Origin: Eledone cirrhosa
Taxonomy: Eukaryota
DNA: 64,000 nt
Assembly: GCA_964016885.1 (NCBI GenBank)
Contig: OZ024751.1
Location: 23,250,001-23,314,000 of the forward strand
Direction of reading: 5' to 3'
In this document: positions 60,985 to 64,000 of the stretch, piece after piece
Layout: every line of letters begins with the position of its first letter
Position numbering within the stretch: the stretch's first letter is position 1
Program-made: the position numbers and the translations under genes
Notes under the pieces: generated by a model
What the model was told of the DNA's origin: nothing
Seen by the model: only the letters and a program-made list of their open reading frames with translations
Database searches by the model: none

Positions 60985-61228
60985 CAGTATATATATAAAT
61001 ACACACCAATACAGAGACACACACAAGCACACAAATACACACAGACACACACACACATATATATATAAATATATAGATATATGCGCGTGTGTGTTTGTGT
61101 GTGTATGTGGTGGTGTGTTGATATGCCTACATATTTATGTGTATATCGATATCTATATTTCTCTCTCTCTCTATATATACGTATATATATGCTTACGTGT
61201 GTGTCTGTATTCGTATATATTTGTGTGG

Positions 61229-61270
<42 letters not shown>

Positions 61271-61575
61271 GAGAGAGAGAAAAAAGCATTACTTCTGTTT
61301 CTAATATGTAATTGTCTAACAAATTATTGGACACCCGAACACATATGAACACACTCATGGGAATAAATACAGGATTGCGTATACATATAAAGACACGTAT
61401 CAGAAACACACACTCACTTCGGTAAAAAGAAAGTAAATACTTTCCTACGAAGAAAACCTCAGCTATTCAATCTATGAGGAAAAATTGTATTAATACATTA
61501 CACACACATATATATGTGAATATAATATTCATATATACATACATACATTTATATATACAAATATACACCTATAAT

Positions 61576-61610
<35 letters not shown>

Positions 61611-61616
61611 AGTATA

Positions 61617-61699
<83 letters not shown>

Positions 61700-61742
61700 T
61701 TGTATTTATGTATATATATTTATATATATATTTATATATATA

Positions 61743-61812
<70 letters not shown>

Positions 61813-62127
61813 CATATATATATATATACATATATATATATATGTATATACAGTTATCATATATATGTATATATATATATGTGTATTTATGTATATATAT
61901 ATATATATGTACAGTTATAATATGTACACACACATACACACATATATATATATACAGTTATAATGTATATATATGTATTTATATATATAGTTATAATATA
62001 TATATATATATATACATATATAAACATAGATAAGAACGTGCATACATACATGTTATATAACTCAAGTTCGTTATTAAAAGAATTTATTAAGAATTTAAAA
62101 AGGAGGAGAAATTGTAAGTGTACTTAC

Positions 62128-62181
62128 ATTGTATGATTTGACAAAGTCGATACATACACCGTGCAGCGAGAGGATAGAGCT
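62128..62181 (-). CDS. Cadherin exon (SSILSLHGVCIDFVKSYN), phase 0-0
   Basis: Acceptor ccatcttgttatattctag and donor gtaagt; 54 nt; in frame with downstream exons; resembles an F-strand LxxxCxD segment. Confidence 0.65.
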
Positions 62182-62303
62182 CTAGAATATAACAAGATGG
62201 AGACCTGAATAGAATTCATTAACGTTGTATTATTATGCATGGAACTCGGTGTCATATAGATCAACTTAAGCCTATGTAGAAATCCAAAAGAGTTTTATGT
62301 ATA

Positions 62304-62334
<31 letters not shown>

Positions 62335-62385
62335 GTATGTGTATAGCAAGAATTATATGTATATCATATATCTATATATCTATAT

Positions 62386-62422
<37 letters not shown>

Positions 62423-62498
62423 TATATATGGATATATATATATATATATAGACATATATATATATATATCCATATATCATATATATCTATATCTATAA

Positions 62499-62546
<48 letters not shown>

Positions 62547-62632
62547 ATCCATATATCAAATATATATGCATATATCATATATATATATATCCATATCATA
62601 TATACACATATCTATATACATATATATACACA

Positions 62633-62675
<43 letters not shown>

Positions 62676-63259
62676 ACACATATATATATATATGTACATA
62701 TATATATATATATATATACACTTATATATATATATGAACAGCAATCAATAACACTCCCACAGAGGAGTGAGAGAAAGAAAGAAAGTCAGAGATATCGAGA
62801 TGATAATAGAGAGAGAGAAATTTTAGCAAGTAGGAGAGAGGTAATCTGGAAGAATTGGTATGCAAAATTAGTTACAATCGTAATCCATAGCTAAAAAAAA
62901 AAAAAAAAAAATTATGCCTCGCTAAATAAGTCATTGTGAACTGGGCAACGGTTGTGTCACGAAAGTACGACACCTCTAGTTGACGATGCTGGATTTCTCT
63001 GAGTATAGCTATCATATCCGTTATAGCCATCTATCAACACATGTATAGGCGTAACGAAGTCGGATAGAATGCTTTGGGATATTCATTCCGGATTTCTGTA
63101 TTCAAAGTTCAAATCTCACCGAAGCTAGCTTTGACTTTCACCCTTCCATGGTTGATAAAATAAAAAAAAAATAAACGTTGTCGTGAATTACTGAGTTGAT
63201 TTTAACCAGCTTTTCTAACCCCCTTTCAAATTTTCTGGCTTCAATCCATTCTTTTGGAG

Positions 63260-63740
63260 GCCTCTAGTTACTATTTCTATTCAGAGAGCTCCATTTGCAA
63301 AAACTGCTTGGTTTACATCTCTTGCGAAGTCGTGCAACAAGCTACTATGTTTCCAAATATCCGAAGATTATATAGTTTGGGTATATCTTTTCATGATCAA
63401 AATATTTTTTTTAAGTCGAGATACACCACATCACTCTCTGCAATTCGCTATTTGTTATCTTCACTCTTAGCAATACTCCACTCATTCACCTTACCATTCT
63501 CCCTTTTTGCTCTTTCCATACTTCAATGCTTTTCCACATTCTGCGTATTCTGAACATATTTCACCTATATCTTGCTACCAAAAATTATGACATTTCTCCC
63601 ACACATATTCTATATATTTCCATTCAGTTTCAGTGACAATCCTCTCCTCATTAACTCGTTCCACAGTTGCCAGAACCTCTGACAAAACTTAAAATGTACA
63701 GCAAATTACCAAATTTACATCAAAATCCAATCCGTGCATC
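63260..63740 (-). mobile_element. Highly degenerate RTE-like LINE relic
   Basis: Remnants resembling ERA...GV.LR.KI.N.EL and FG.I; many stops. Confidence 0.45.
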
Positions 63741-64000
63741 AAATTGTAATTGGCAATTTATACATACAAAAGGTAAATGCAAAATAAAAATAAGATATAT
63801 AACAAACTTTCATTTTAAGCCATTGTTAATATAATAAAGTTTATTTTCATAAAAAGATTTAAACACTTTAATATCATTTTGTATTTTAGAATCAGTTTCA
63901 GGTGGTTTCGTACCAAACATTATTACAGTACAAAGTTTAGATTTTAAGATTCAACAATTAAAATACACTTATGTTTTTTAAGATATATTTTATAAAATCT

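Noticed and set aside
62182-62204. Upstream alternative acceptor giving a 77-nt exon
   Set aside because: The frame needed downstream contains TAG; the inner AG gives a clean 54-nt phase-0 exon.

Overview
Eukaryotic, very AT-rich genomic DNA saturated with (TA)n. The repeat content points to a coleoid cephalopod, probably Octopus (inference). Nearly all ORFs in the supplied track are microsatellite artefacts. Reading the minus strand for GT-AG exons gives 12 phase-compatible exons (62181 to 4241; 1487 nt, about 495 aa) of one non-classical cadherin gene. They encode three complete and two partial cadherin repeats and include a candidate 15-nt microexon and an RGDS loop; both gene ends lie outside the window. 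The introns hold many tRNA-derived SINEs, RTE-like LINE relics and DNA-transposon fragments. They also hold about 10 sequence-unrelated families of short non-coding elements inserted in (TA)n that carry hammerhead-ribozyme (HHR)-like folds. Several are arranged as fold-back inverted repeats with a one-sided tail, and several share a TTGAGYRC box downstream of the cleavage site. These look like Penelope-like pLTR or retrozyme-type elements. All folds were derived by eye and repeat boundaries are approximate.
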